From the human T2T-CHM13v2.0 reference genome, Homo sapiens: a stretch of 64,000 nucleotides of DNA. Made by a program: the position numbers and the translations under genes. Below, in pieces: positions 1-15,187 of this stretch (within the stretch, counting starts at the first letter, position 1; every line of letters begins with the position of its first letter). The stretch is from NCBI RefSeq assembly GCF_009914755.1, contig NC_060935.1; one strand, written 5' to 3'. The notes beneath the pieces are model-generated. The model saw only the letters and a list, made by a program, of their open reading frames with translations. It was not told where the DNA came from and made no database searches.

Positions 1-815
1 GATCTACAAAATGGAGCAATTCCTTCACATGATACCTTCTGATTTGAATAGTCACTTAGCTTTGCCGTTCTCCCCACATTGACTATCTTCTTGGTAACCA
101 CAAGTCTCAGAGTTACTTTCATAATTGTATTATGCAAATGAGCTTTCCACTTGTCCGGGCACCATCTTGTCTGCTGCTTACTGCACGTGTGGCTGACAAA
201 GAGAGAAGGGAAGATGGAGCCACTATTTTGAACACGATTGGCACAAACTACCAGCATCTATATCTGCAGCCTGACTTTACAGGCTGCTCTTGTTAGAAAA
301 TGATTTGGGGACTGCTTGTCATTAAAAGGGAAAACCTTACCAAGGACTCTAGCACTCATTATCTGCCTAAGTGATTTCTTCTTAAGTCCTATATCACTAT
401 GATGGATAACAATAACCAAAGGAATGAATATTTTGCTTTTTCCTTATTAGTTTGCATTTCCTTATGCATCCAGTGAACCAACTCCCCCAGAGTTGCATCC
501 ATCTCTAAATTCCACTGGTAAATTTTACCTTTAGTAACTGAATGCAGCACAGCTGCTGCTTCATACCGTAGGTGAGCCAGCGGCCACGCAGGAATCAAAG
601 CTTCCTCATTCCCCATCCTTTTTTTTCTCCATTTAGTTTGAGCTATATCATTTTGTCCTTTGTTCTGAAGCAAACTTTAAATAGCCTCTAACCAAATGAA
701 ATTACTTTTTCCTTTAGCAAAAATCACATCCTCATTTTTTTTATAAACTTCACCAAAAAACACATCTTACCTTCTTTATATACTCTGTATGTAGAATTGC
801 TTCTCTTATGTCTAG

Positions 816-1279
816 TAAGGGAGGAGACCACCCCTCATATTGTCTTATGCCCAATTTCTGCCTCCAAAGAAAGAAGTAAAAACTAAAAGGCAGAAATGGA
901 ATCCACAGGCAGACAGCCCGGCGCCGTGCCCTGGGCCTGGTAGTTAAAAATCAACCCCTGACCTAACTGTTTGTGTTATCTATAGATTTCAGACATTGTA
1001 TGGAAAAGCATTGTGAAAATCCCTGTCCTGTTCTGTTCCGTTCTGATTACTGGTGCATGCAGCCCCCAGTCATGTACCCACTGCTTGCTCAATCGATCAC
1101 AACCCTCTCACACAGACTCCCTTAGAGTTGTGAGCCCTTAAAATGGACAGGAATTGCTCACTTGGGGAGCTCCGTTTTTGGAGACGTGAGTCCAGCGATA
1201 CTCCCAGCTGAATAAAGCCCTTTCCTTCCACAACTCGGTGGTATCTGAGGGGTTCTTGTCTGCGGCTCATCCTGCTACA
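816..1279 (+). mobile_element. Solo LTR2 (HERV-E/Harlequin-type LTR)
   Basis: Starts TAAGGGAGGAGACCACCCCTCATATTG, ends CCTGCTACA; AATAAA at 1211. 4-bp TSD CTAG at 812-815 and 1280-1283. Confidence 0.9.
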
Positions 1280-1406
1280 CTAGTAGTTTTAATTATATAT
1301 GTTAACTACCATTCTAACTCTTCATAACCCTAGTTTCCAGTGAAAAAAGCCAGGATTACTTAATTTAACCTAACTGTAAGCTTTCAAATTAGTGAAGAGA
1401 ATTTTG

Positions 1407-1676
1407 GTTGTTTGTGTTGTTTGTTTTGAGACAGGGTTTAACTCCTGTCACCTAGGCTGGAGTGTAGTGGCATGATCATGGCTCACTGCAGCCTTGACTT
1501 CCCCAACTCAGGTGATTCTCCCACCTCAGCCTTCCAAAGCATGTGCCACCACACCCGGCTAATTTTTTTGTATTTTTAGTAGAGATAGGGTTTTGCCATG
1601 TCCTGGACTCAAGCAATCTGCCCACCTCGGCCTCCCAAAGTGCTGGGATTACAGGTGTGAGTCACTGTGCCTGGCC
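1407..1676 (-). mobile_element. Alu (old, AluJ-like, internally deleted)
   Basis: T-rich tail, GAGACAGGG...CCCAAAGTGCTGGGATTACAGG. Imperfect TSD TGAAGA(G/T)AATTTTG. Confidence 0.9.
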
Positions 1677-2079
1677 ATGAAGATAATTTTGAAACTAGTT
1701 TTATTTACCAAAGATTACCAAAGTCTTGTGAACTAAAAGGTATTTCAGCTAGCTTCTATTTTTCAGATATTCATATCAGAATCAGCTCTTTGTAACAGCT
1801 CTTTCATATATTTTGGTATAGGAAAGACACAGACAGAGGCAGATCTTAAAGACTTATAAGATTCTTCATTTGCCAGTTTTCAAAGTCTCTCCCCTACTTT
1901 GGACTATCAATCTCTTGTGTACCTGTTTCATGCCCTAAACAATTGTTAGCTAGTCAGCTCTAAATTTGCATCTCCAAAGACATGACTCAGGTGAAACAAG
2001 GTAGAAAATGTACATCTCAAAGTCACAGACTTAGATCTGGACAAAGGCAAGGTTTGTTTTTAGATAACACTACTGCCAT

Positions 2080-2576
2080 TGTAGCAGGACGAGCCACAGA
2101 CAAAACTCCTCAGACACCAGATTAAAGAAGGAAGAGGTTTTTATTCGGCTGGGAGCATTGGCAGACTCGCGTCTTAAGAGCCGAGCTCCCTGAAAAACAA
2201 ATTCCTAGCCCTTTTAAGGGCTTACAACTCTAAGGGGTCCACGTGAAAGGGTCGTGATAAATCAAGTAAGTGTGAGGAACGTGACTGGGGGCTACGTGCA
2301 TCAGCTAACAGAACAAAAAGTTTTACAGTGTTTTCTCATACGGTGTCTGGAATTTACAGATAACACAAGTAGTTTTGGTCAGGGGTTAATATTATTATTA
2401 TTATTTTAACCGCCAGGGCCAGGTGGTGGCGCCAAGTCGTCTAGCTATTTATCTGACTTCTGTTTCTTTCCAACTTTTTGCTTTCCCCCTTCTCTCCTGT
2501 CTTATAAACTAGGGAAAAGAGGAGGTCGGGGAGAAGCTGGGAAGGACAACAGGAGAAGTGGTGGTCTCATTTCATA
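2080..2576 (-). mobile_element. Solo LTR2-family LTR (LTR2C-like)
   Basis: Minus strand reads TATGAAATGAGACCACC...CGTCCTGCTACA; 3' half is homologous to 816-1279. 4-bp TSD CCAT at 2076-2079 and 2577-2580. Confidence 0.85.
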
Positions 2577-2695
2577 CCATCAGCCACCTCTAACACTGTA
2601 GCTCTCACCCGTAACTGGCAGTCATCACACACACCAAGGTCAAGTTTTCTGACAGTACAAAGTAATCTCTGGTATCACCAAAAGCCAGACATTAG

Positions 2696-3027
<332 letters not shown>

Positions 3028-4022
3028 TGGAGAGCAGAGTCTTAAACCCGGGAGTAATCTGTCTGCTTACAACTCTTGGGGCTCCATAAGAAAAAACAGA
3101 GTTACCTCCCAAAAAGGAGTCTGTGGTGCATTTTTGGTTTTCCTTAAGGGATCCCAAGCTGTTAGAATTTATTTTAGGTCCTCATGGGGGTACTGAAGGT
3201 GGCAAGAGAAACAAGGGACAGACAGAAGTAAATGAAGAAACAGAATTCAATCAAAGAGAAGAAAAAAAGTCTTTCAAAAAAGGATCCAAAAAGAGAAAAA
3301 GCATAAATCCCTTTTAGAAAATTATAATTATACCTTTGATATCGGCTTTTAATTAAGCTGACTTCTAACCATAGAGCTCTTTAAAAGAAAACAAAATCTT
3401 CTCAAATCTTACCAGATTTTACCAAACCTTTTGAATCTAGCTTTTGAATTTCTTTACCAAAGGTAACCTCCCAAGTGAAATCAATAAGGCTTAACCAAGG
3501 ACCCATGGGGCATCGCCAAAGAGGTTTCAAAGCAGTCGCACAAGATTTTGATCCATCCCAAAAGACAGCTCAATGAAAGGAAAGTCTCACCTGCAGCAAA
3601 AGGAGTACAACCCACATTTCTGCTGGGCCATATTCTCTAGGGTCTCAGCTTCACAGCTGACCATCTACATACAAAGACCCAAAAGCCCTGCAGGCCTCCA
3701 CAGAGGGAAGACAGAAAATGAAAAGCTGTCCTCAAAAGGGAAAAGGATCAATAAATGGCAAAAAGTCACACAAATATCAAACCAAAAGGATTTCCTGACT
3801 GGGAATCAAATGCAGGCCATGGCAGTGAAATCACAGAAATTTAACTATTAGACCACAAGGCAGAGTGGCTTTTATTGTTATTCCCTCAGGGCAGCTTAAG
3901 TAATCAGTTTGAGCTTACAAAGGATTTTAACTTTGCTTTAGGTCAGATTTTTGATCTTTAATTTACTCAAGAGAATTTTTAAGGTTAACCATGAGACTAT
4001 TACGTGTCCTTTAAAAAAAAAT

Positions 4023-4326
<304 letters not shown>

Positions 4327-4867
4327 TTAAGCATGTAAGCCAATGGGATCTTTTATGGTGGCTGAGAAGAGACTGTCCCTTCAGAACTAAGGGTTCTCTA
4401 TCCCTTAGACCTAAAGTTCTCTACAACTGCACTCACTTTAACTAGGAGTCCCTTAGAGTGCCCTTAGCCTTACAGACCAGCTGTGACCAACTGGACTGGG
4501 AAGCACCCCTAAACCTGGGGCTGACAGGGGAGAGCTCCTCAAGGGTCCAGATGGTGGGAACCAAGAAGGCTACAAAGGCCCCCTCCCAAAACTGGAGTCA
4601 ACAAAGACGTTCCCTCTGGGATATGGATGGTGGGAAGCAGGACAGATTGAGTCGGGACTGGAAAGAAAGAAAGGGAAGGGGTAGAGAGAAATAAAGTCTG
4701 TGAAATCTTCAACCTAAAAGCAGGAGATCTTGGACCTGAGGAAAATGAGCCAGCTTCCTCCCAGAACAGTGAGGGAGACAACTGAGCAGCAGACGTGGGT
4801 CTGCTGACTTCGGATCATGCTGGGGGAAACTGGGGTTCTCCATGGATCCCACCTTCATAGCCAACCA

Positions 4868-5580
4868 TGTCAACTATAGAACGGAGAAGTTCGTTTAAGT
4901 TTAGAAAGGAGAATTTTATTTCTCATAAAGGACTGCAGCCTGCAGTGCAGCCATTCTGATAGACTGGGAAGCATAGTCTCTGGCCAGAAGCCAGAAACAG
5001 ATACTCTGAGGGAGGGGCAAAGGGAACAGGAATTTATGCTGAGGAGGGTGGCCGAATATGCATATTCAATAAGCTACAGGAGGAGTCATGAATATTTATG
5101 AAAGGAGAATCCTGTATGTGCAATTGAGCTTCACGCCCCCTTCATGGGTCCCATGTACAAATAATGGGGCATCAGCATGACTCGAGGGTGGTGTGTTCAG
5201 CCGCCGACATCAAAAGCAGAGGACACAAAAACCTTTACTGCACATTCTCTGTAGACTGGCCAGAACCACACCATGGTCGGTGGTCTCTTACCAGGAAGAA
5301 ATGCTGGTTGGTTGTTTTGTGAAAACCACAAAGGGGACGGGGAGCAGACAGGCAGCTGATTGATACTAGTGATGGAGTCTTTAGGAAGGGCTGGTTTCTG
5401 TTTAGCCCTTAGGGAAGAAAGCCCAATGGCAGTTAGTAAGGGAAGGGGCATAACAGGCACGTCTGACTTCCCATGTTGTCCCGGCCAAGGACTCAGTTTT
5501 CAAAGTTACTCTGGGTTCTCCTTGGCCAGGAGAGGGTCCATCCATCAGTTGGGGGCTTGGAATTTTATTTTTATTTCACA
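4868..5580 (-). mobile_element. 5' LTR of the MER4-group ERV1 element (LTR39-like; exact family uncertain)
   Basis: Minus strand TGTGAAATAAAAATAAAATTCCAAGCCCCC...GTTGACA (TG...CA termini); AATAAA about 45 bp from its 3' end; followed by a PBS-like TGG. Confidence 0.75.
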
Positions 5581-7750
5581 CTTACTTCCAATGTTGGCTT
5601 ACTTACCCATGGCCCATCATGACCCTCAGATCGAGCTCTTTCTATTATATTACTCATCAGCTTCATACTCCACTACAGGCTGCCTGATTATCCCCCCATT
5701 TTCCATTCGAGTTCCACAGAGTGGGAATCTACCCAACCCAACTCCTTCTTTGAACAAAGCTCATCACACCAAACCATTTCACAGACTGTGGGTTGACTGT
5801 TCTCTGGTCATATATAACCAAAGAGGGGAAACTCATGGTTGCCCCCATCAGTTTTTCTGAGCATGCCTGAGGTAGATTAGGCCCTTGAGTGACCTGTGTA
5901 TACACCAGGGCTGATGGGGGTAAAAAAGCAAACACTCTGGAATCTCAGTCCAAAATGTTGATTTTATTACTGTAAGCAGAAATTTTTAATTTTTAAAGGA
6001 TTAGAATGCTATCAGTGTTTGGTGTCCTTGAAAAGACTTCCTTTGAACCAAGAAATAATCATTTACTTCATTGGGAAACAAAATGAACCATGCAAATGGA
6101 AATTGTGAGTGACTCATTTGGACACTAATTGGGGGAGAAAAAGTCTGCAATTGAATGTGCATCTGCTTAAAAGCAGAGTGCCTCTGTTAGAACCAAGTAT
6201 GTTTTCTTTTATTTATTTAAAAAAAAATTCCTCTCCAGGCTTTTTAAGTAGATGAAATGTAACCATAAATTCAACAGCATTTTCTTCATTGTTACTAGGG
6301 CCCAATGGAACCAAGACATCTCAGCTTCTTAAAGAAAATTTAAGAGATCCCTGGGATTGTGCTGCCGTAGAGGCTTATTTGTGAGTCTGGCGTCTGTGTT
6401 GCATTATTGTCTCTAGTCTGATTTATTTGAAGGTGATCTCCATGCCTTTAAAAGAAGAATGTACTATCATTCAAGCAGTAGCAGAAGCCTTAGCTCCAAG
6501 CATGATTTCACTGAAAACATTATGTCCACCTTCCCCAATACACTTCTCTGTCTTTTCACCCCATTCAACTCATCTATTCCTCAGCAGCTAAGTCAATTTT
6601 CAAGGCTGGGCCTATTCATCGGCTGATATTTCCTCCCTTCCTTTGCTCCCCAGACACTCTCCTAAAGAGCAAACTTCAGGGGTAGGAGAGAAGTGGGATG
6701 CCTGAGGCTGGGCCCCCTCACAGGCAGACAACCAAAAGAGCAGGATCTAGCTCCAGGTATGGCAAATTCAGATAACTGTATTTGCTCTCCTTAGGATCAG
6801 CCACATTCTGGGAACTGATTCCTGCTCCCTAAAATCACAAGACACCCATGAGAGCCAATTTCATTTGGACAGAAAGCAGACCTTAATGGTGACTGGCAGA
6901 CTCTTGTCCACTGTGCAGGGTATAGCTCCCTGGCTCCACTCCTGTCACCTCACCCCCAGCTGTCAAATTGCCTGGGAAACCGACTTGTCACCAGAAGATT
7001 CATGGCAAGCATGCAATTCAAACAGGAATCTGGGAGATGCTGCTGGTCTTATCCCTACTTCACTAGGCAGCGCCGCTTTAAACGTGACTAGAAAGCTCAC
7101 ATCCTCCAGACACAGTGTCTCTGTGCCTCTGACAGTGACAGATTGGCAATGACGAATTCTTACCAAACACTTGCTGTCTCAATGTTCCTTAAAGTCACCA
7201 AAGACTTCTGTCATTACAACATACCTTTGAGACAGAAATGTCACCATTTCTAAGATGACAGCCTTTCATTAGCTACACTCTAAATTGATGCCTTCCTTCT
7301 TGCAGGGAGCATCGTGGGTCCCTGGCTGGGAGCTGAGAAGCTCCCTCATCTTATCAGGAACACTCATCCGAATCATTTCTTCCTGAATAGATTTCCACAG
7401 ATGAGCAATCTCATTCATTTAGGATGCTACTATTCATTTTCATTTCAAAACTTGTCATGTCCTTGCTTTGTCCCCCAAATAGTGGGAACAAACATGGCTC
7501 TAAATCTACAAGTGAGTTCAAGTGTCTCGAGTGCCCATATTGTGCTGGACACTAGAGGTGGGGTAGGATGCAAACATAGTAGATATAAAGTTCTTGCCTC
7601 TAATCAATGTATGCTCTGGAGATGCAAAACATCTCAAACACAAAATAAAATAATCCAAATGCTATATGGCATGGTAAAGGAGTAATCTAGGGGTGGACTA
7701 CTCTGAGAGTCCAGGAAAGATGGTTTCAGGGACTTTGCATTGTTAGTCCC

Positions 7751-8199
7751 TATAGTGGATTAAATGATGGCCCAAAACAAGATACATCCATACCAAGCCC
7801 CCAGAACCTGTGAATGTGACCTGATTTGAAAAAGGGTTTTTGCAGATGTCATTAAGTTAAGGATCTTGAGAAGAGATCATTCTGGATTACCTAGGTGGGC
7901 CCTAAATCCAGTGACAGACATCTTTATAAGAGACAAGAAAAGCAAGAAGAGGAGATGGTGACGTGAAAATAGAGGTAGAGATTGGAGTCATGCAACCACA
8001 GGCTGAGGAATGTGTGGAGCCACCATAAGTTAGAAGAGAAAAAGGAAGATTCTGCCCTGGTGACTCTGGAGAAAGTGCAGCCCTGCCAACACCTTCATTC
8101 CAGACTTCTGGCTGCCAGAACCATGAGAGAATAAGTTTCTGTCATTTTAAGCTAACAATTTTATGGCAATTTGTTATGGCAGTCAAGGAAACTAATATG
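7751..8199 (+). mobile_element. MaLR solo LTR (MLT1B/C-like)
   Basis: CCCAGAACCTGTGAATGTGACC...TTGTTATGGCAG...GAAACTAAT. 5-bp TSD GTCCC/GTCCA. Confidence 0.85.
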
Positions 8200-9096
8200 G
8201 TCCATCTGCCTGGGATACTCTGTTCTCCCGATTGCTCAGGTCTCAGCTTTAATGTAATGTCCTCAGAGAAGCATTTTCTGATGTCCCGTCCCCACCCCAC
8301 AGCTAAATTATTTAATAGGTCCCATTATTATACTTATGGCCAGCTCCATGTCTGTTTCCTTCCTGGTACTTAGTGTGAAGTCTACTTACTACTTAAGGCA
8401 GAATAATTTATTGAGATATGAATTTATGTTTGTTTTTGCCTAAAAATTCCCCATTGAGGAGATTATAGGGGAAGATGTAGAGCAAGAGGGAAGAAGCAGC
8501 CAGGAGAGGAGTAATTCTCAATTGAGTGGTGGGGCGGCCAGCACATACTCCACTCCTTGCAGCACCCAGGGAGGCAGGGAAACCTCCAAGGGCACAGCTG
8601 GACCACAGGCGCCTGTGCCCCATCCTCACAAAGATTCCCAGTCCTGAGTGCAGAGCATCAGCCCACAAGGGACCCTCTGCCACAGTGGTCCATGGGCATG
8701 ATCCAGTGTGACCACGTGGCCATTACTGGGATGCACTTTCCTAATGTATTTGATGCCACAAAAAAAAGTCTGTGTATCTTTTGGCGAGAGACAGAAGGAA
8801 GTGTGAGGAGAGCAGACAAGAATTGCTGAGATAGAATTTTTCAGTGTGGGTCAAGATGACAACTCTAATACAAATCTAAGCTGACTTAAATAAAAGTTTT
8901 TAAATGTTGAGCTTATGGACTAAGATTTGCACCTGCTGAAAATTTATTTGTGTGATCATTTGTAATGATGTCTTCCCACTAGGCTGTAAGTTTCTGTGAC
9001 TGTTTTTCTGACTGCTATATTCCCAACGCTTGGAACAGATTTTTTTTTTTTAAGTTTGTAAAGTGAACAGGTGTGAGCCACTGCACCCAGTCCCAA

Positions 9097-9477
<381 letters not shown>

Positions 9478-12400
9478 TCATAGGGGGATGCACCTGTACC
9501 AGGAAACAGTGGGAAAGAGACCTCCAGTAATGGGATTCTCTGACAATCCCACAGAACTGCTTCATGAGAAAAAGATTAGCTTTGGGACATCTGACACCCT
9601 CCAGAGATATCAGGTCACAAGTCAGGTGTTTTTTTTTTTTTTTGTTTTTGTTTTTGTTTTTGTTTTTTGGTGTGTTTTATTTGTTTGCTAACTCTGGTAA
9701 AGCCAGAGGAGACTTAGGGGATTGAGGATGGGGAAGGACGTAATTAAAGCATGATCATGATGTTTTTTCCACTGCAGCTTTCCCAGCCTGGATTGGATTC
9801 ACTTGGGGAAGGGGAGAAACTTTGGATTGGATGAGAGACTAAATTTTATATATGAGACTGGTCTACACTTTTATTACCAGAAAAATGGCAGTATTCATTG
9901 GTAGCTGAAATGACTTGATAAAACCATGTGATCTACCCAGGACTTCATGCAGAAGTAGGGAAGAAGGTGTCAATAGAGCTTGCCTAAAGGCAATAGTGTG
10001 CAAGAATAAAGCTACTTTCTGCTCATATCCTTCTCAGTTGAGCTCAAAGAAGAGCCTGCACAGTTCCATGGGCTTCCTCCCACAATGATGCCAGGTTTGG
10101 ACTCTGCATATCTATGGTGAGGTTCTTGCTTGGGTTCACAGCTTACCCTCACAGTCACATCCTGGGGAAAAACCAGGCACTGTAATGCTAGCCACCGTGT
10201 CCGGGTTGAAGTGACCCTAACTGCAGTGCCCAGAGTCACTGTCTGTCTTACCTCTTCAGGGCTAAGTCATTCTCTTCAGCCAATCAAATTCAGTAAGGAC
10301 TTCTTACACTCATCTCCTAAGACAAGATGACCAGCTCCTTACAAACACAGAACTAAAAGAGACTCTCAACATGATCTAATTGACTTAATGTTGCAGAACT
10401 AAGGTGAGGCTGCCATATGACACTTTTCGGTATAAGACCTATTTTGAGTGACCTGTGATGTTCACTGTGGACATTTAAAGAATGTTTCTCAACGGGCACA
10501 CTGTTTAATTTCTCCTTGAATAGGCTACCTGTTACACTCACAATTCATTTAAGCAGGAGAAAAAAATATGGATTTTAGTTGAGGGATGACAGTTTGAATA
10601 AATAAGAAGAGATAGCCTTAATAAAGAAAATAAATGGGATCTGGACAGGCTAGGAGGGGAGACAGGAGAGGGAGAAAAGAAGAGATCAAATCACTACTCT
10701 CTGACTGTGGAACTCATCCTCCCACTCCAGCTTACATCTGCTTAACTTTAGTTCACATAAAGTCATCATTTCTGAAACTGCTATTTTTTTCCTGTACTGA
10801 TGTTGAAGAGGACAGTCTCCACCTGCTGCAACCCAACTTTACTCATGCCTTTCTCACACCTTTGCTGTGCTCAGGGGTCTGTACAATTTCTCTGCTCCAG
10901 GAACTGCATGAAAACAACAGGGGTGTGTAGCTTCATTACAGCTTTCCAGGGTTCATTAAATAAAAATAACCTAAATGAAGTTACATTAGGAAGCACTCAC
11001 ATTAAATATCAACTGCTAATGAGCAACTTTTAAGGACTGTCACCAGAAAAGCAGATCTTGTCACCCATTAGGAATTGTTTTTAAAACCAGCTAGGGAAGA
11101 AAAAAAAAAAAAAAAAACTGGTTTTCTCCAAGATTCAGGCTGCTTTCCAAAGGAATCGAGTGTCAAATGGTGCAATCAGTGTGTTGAAGAGTCTCAACTG
11201 TTGAGATTAGGGGGGAGAAAAACACATTTTTTTCCCTAATAGCTACTACCCAATAATACTAGGCCAAACCCATCCTTCCTCTTGAGTAGGCTGCATAACA
11301 TTTTAGTCACTTTTGGTTTTCAAAAATGTCTTAGTTTAGATGTCCCAAAAATGTCTAAGAATCAGTTCTGTTCATTTTTAAAGTTCAATATCATATATGA
11401 GTCAAAGCACTTCCCCTACTCCATTCCCTCTCCAGCCCCATCTCAGGCTCACCTCATGATTGTGGTTCTAGCAGCTTGTGGTGGAGGATGGGACATGCCT
11501 GGCTCTCACATAACCCCTTCTACTCCCTGTCAGGTGGGAAAGAGGAAGAGAGAAAACAGATGTCTCCTTCCCCAACTGAGGGAGGCCTCAGCTCCCTTGT
11601 TGGGTGTTCAGGGCCACTTCTTTAGAGCGCTTTCTGTGGGATTCCTGTGGGCTGGTGGCCATTCAAACCTGCCCTGCTAATGGGGGGCCTGCTCCTCAGC
11701 AGCACCCCCTAGACCCCGGCAGCCATTTATGAGCTGTGACATTTTGGGACCCATCGTCCCATGTGGGATTCATCCTCTGCACCTCGAGGTAGAGAAGAAA
11801 TTCTGACCTCTTTTGCCTGTCAGTCCCCTCACCCTGGCAATAACCTTCTGGGTTCTCTTTATTCCTGCTGTGGTAACACAGGCAGATTAACAGGCCCACT
11901 ATTTAGGCAAGGACTCAACTGGAGACTAACACACAGGTCTCTCTTTCTTCCAGCCTTCTCTCTCATCTTTACAAAGGGTTCCTCCTCCTGGGGCCTTTCT
12001 CCCTTCCCTGCAGGAAAAGATGGCACTCCCTATTGTCCTCTACACAGGAAGGTCTTGATGGGAGAAAATAGAGTCAGTCTGTCAGATGCACTGCATCTCA
12101 CTTACCAAAGGCAGCCTCCCCTGTCCTAGATCCATCCTTATATTAAGTATGAGGAGTGGGAGAAAAGCAAAGGCAGATGGAGGAGCAGAGAGGCCATGTT
12201 AGGCCAATTCTCTGAACTAGAATATTTTCAGTCAGCTATGTGGATAAATGGCTGCTGCCAATTTTGGCAGTTCTCTGGACCTAGAATATTGGTGTATGTG
12301 GACACTTCTTTTCCTAACTTTGAAATCCTGGGACAACAGAAATATTCTCACATGACATTCCTATACAATAGTTTCTATGGGCTATAAGTAGTTTTCTCAA

Positions 12401-14662
12401 CAATTCCAGAAACACTGCAAATGTTAAGAATATTACATTCCAATACTCTTCCTTTTCTTGACTGAGAAATGTGGTGGTGGAGGAAGAAGTGGTTGGTGAG
12501 GCCATAATGTGTAGAAAATAAAGCCCAATAAACACAGAACTTACATACATACATGTTCACATACACACATCTGAGTTTCCATGTCAGGTACATTACATAC
12601 TTGTGTTGGGAACATTAGGGAATAGATAAGATCCATTTATAAGGATTTACAAAAATTACAAAATTAAAAATTGTATAAAATTTCATGTAATTCAACAGGA
12701 TTCTCACGGTGTATAATTTTTTTTTCCACTGGAAACCTTTCTTTCTATAACTGTATACTCTTATTTTGTAGTGATATTATTCTCACCCTCTGTTACCTTA
12801 TATCATTCTTTTTCTTCTAATACATTTATTCAACCTTTATCAAGTATCAAAATGTCTTTTGACATTCTAGTTGCCTCCTACACAGACTGGAGGTGAATGA
12901 TGGGTACCTTTCCACTATCTTTCTGCAGGCCCTGCGTGGATGAGTCTGGCATCTCTTTTTAGAAAGTGTGGGTACATTGCCTCTATCATCCTTAGCTTTG
13001 AGGCTTTAGCTGGAATTTGAAGGAAACAGCATATGTCCCATTTAACAGCCTATTATATTTGGAAAGGAGACTTGACAGTTCATTCCAAGAGTGAAGAATC
13101 ATTTTACTTTCTGTTTCACTTGATCTTAGCTACCAGGTGTCCACAAGTCCTTCAGGATTTTCATATAATTTGCCTGAGAGAATTTTCCTTAGAGAATGTA
13201 GAAGATAAAGGGCTATACATGAAGGCTCAGTGTTACAGATTCCTATCTTTGCTGTATGTAACTAAATTGTTTTTGAGTGGATTATAGAGACTGGAGAAAG
13301 AGGTAAACCTATTACTTTTCTCCTTTGATGCTTTTTGACTAGTTTGAGCCTCCAAAAAATAAATTAGGATAAAGAGCAGCACAGGCTATGAAGATGATGT
13401 GCAGGTGCATTCATTTCTTTCCAAGTTAAAAATACAGTAGAGAAAGTAGGAAATGCAGTGAGCAAGGTACAGCTCCCTTTATTCCATTGACAAGCATTAA
13501 GCACGCATTTTATGTCGGGTACAGGGCTAGGCTTGCACTCTATTGACGAAATGAGGATTCAAATATTGTCTTCAAATTTATTCATTAAAATAGAAATATC
13601 ATTCACTTTTACAGATGGCAAAATTTGCCATTGCTCCAAAGATACAGCTTTTCTACACTTCCTGGCAATCAATGGAAATCAGGATTTGAGCCATGTTGTG
13701 CAATAAAGTCTCCGAACATATTTGGCAAATTAGTATTCCTCGTCTGCACTTGCAGCTTATGAAGATTTTGAGCACAGCTTTAAGACAGCTCTGAAGTTGG
13801 GAAGAACTCTGGGGTGCTTTTACCTCATGGGCAGCCACACTGCCTCCACTCCACCTTGGAATCTTGCTTCCTTAGCCATCTGAACACAAGTTCTCTTGGT
13901 TCAGCCAGAGCCGGGATCAGGCCAGGAGGTTGGCTGGTGACACTGAAGATGGGAATATTTTCCACAAAGCTGAGAAGTGATGAAGGGCTTCTGGCTCAAG
14001 AAAATGTATGTTCACATTAAAAATTCAAAACTCTCCTGAATGCCACTTAGAGTTTTTAAATATTAGATTTATTTCCTCCTAATATACAGGGATGCTGGGA
14101 AACGACTGGATGACACAGGCTAGGACTGAACTTCAGGATGTAGAATGAAAGAAAAAAAATCTTAGCACTGCTAAGTTCTTATTTTATAAAAGAATTTAAT
14201 AACCTCATAAAATAAACAAAGCTCATAAATATCTATTTTATTTGCACCTATGTCTCCCACTGTGATCAGCCATAACCGGATAGTAAATCCAACTGACAGG
14301 CAAAAAAAAAAAAAAACCATAAAAAATATTGAAGTAAAACGCTCATCTTTGTGTTGTTTTTTCTAGTCATATATTCAACATAGCTCTTCAGCCAAAGACT
14401 CCTTAAGGCAGATTTCTCTGACGCTTGTCAGTACTGCTTCTTTGATTGAGTGGTAATTAGTTCAACTTACAAATTGCAGTTATTTTACTAATGAATCTCA
14501 AATGGAATGAAACCAATCAGAAATTATTTACTGGGCATGACAATATGCAAAACAAATAATAAATATTAACTCATTTGTTAATCTATAGGATTACAATTAT
14601 TACATATAAATATGTGTAATATGTGTGCATATGAATTTGATAATTGTTTTAATTGTATATAA

Positions 14663-15102
<440 letters not shown>

Positions 15103-15187
15103 TGAGAAATAAAGATTTGTGTTTGAGTATTTATGACAAAAAGTCCATTTGGGAGCCAGGCTAATTCATAAGATATGTGAATGCACA

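Noticed and set aside
389-673. 94-aa minus-strand ORF
   Set aside because: Lies inside the ERV internal region and has no domain I can recognise; at most a decayed retroviral remnant.
5360-5860. 166-aa ORF
   Set aside because: Starts within an LTR at a non-ATG codon and has no recognisable protein features.
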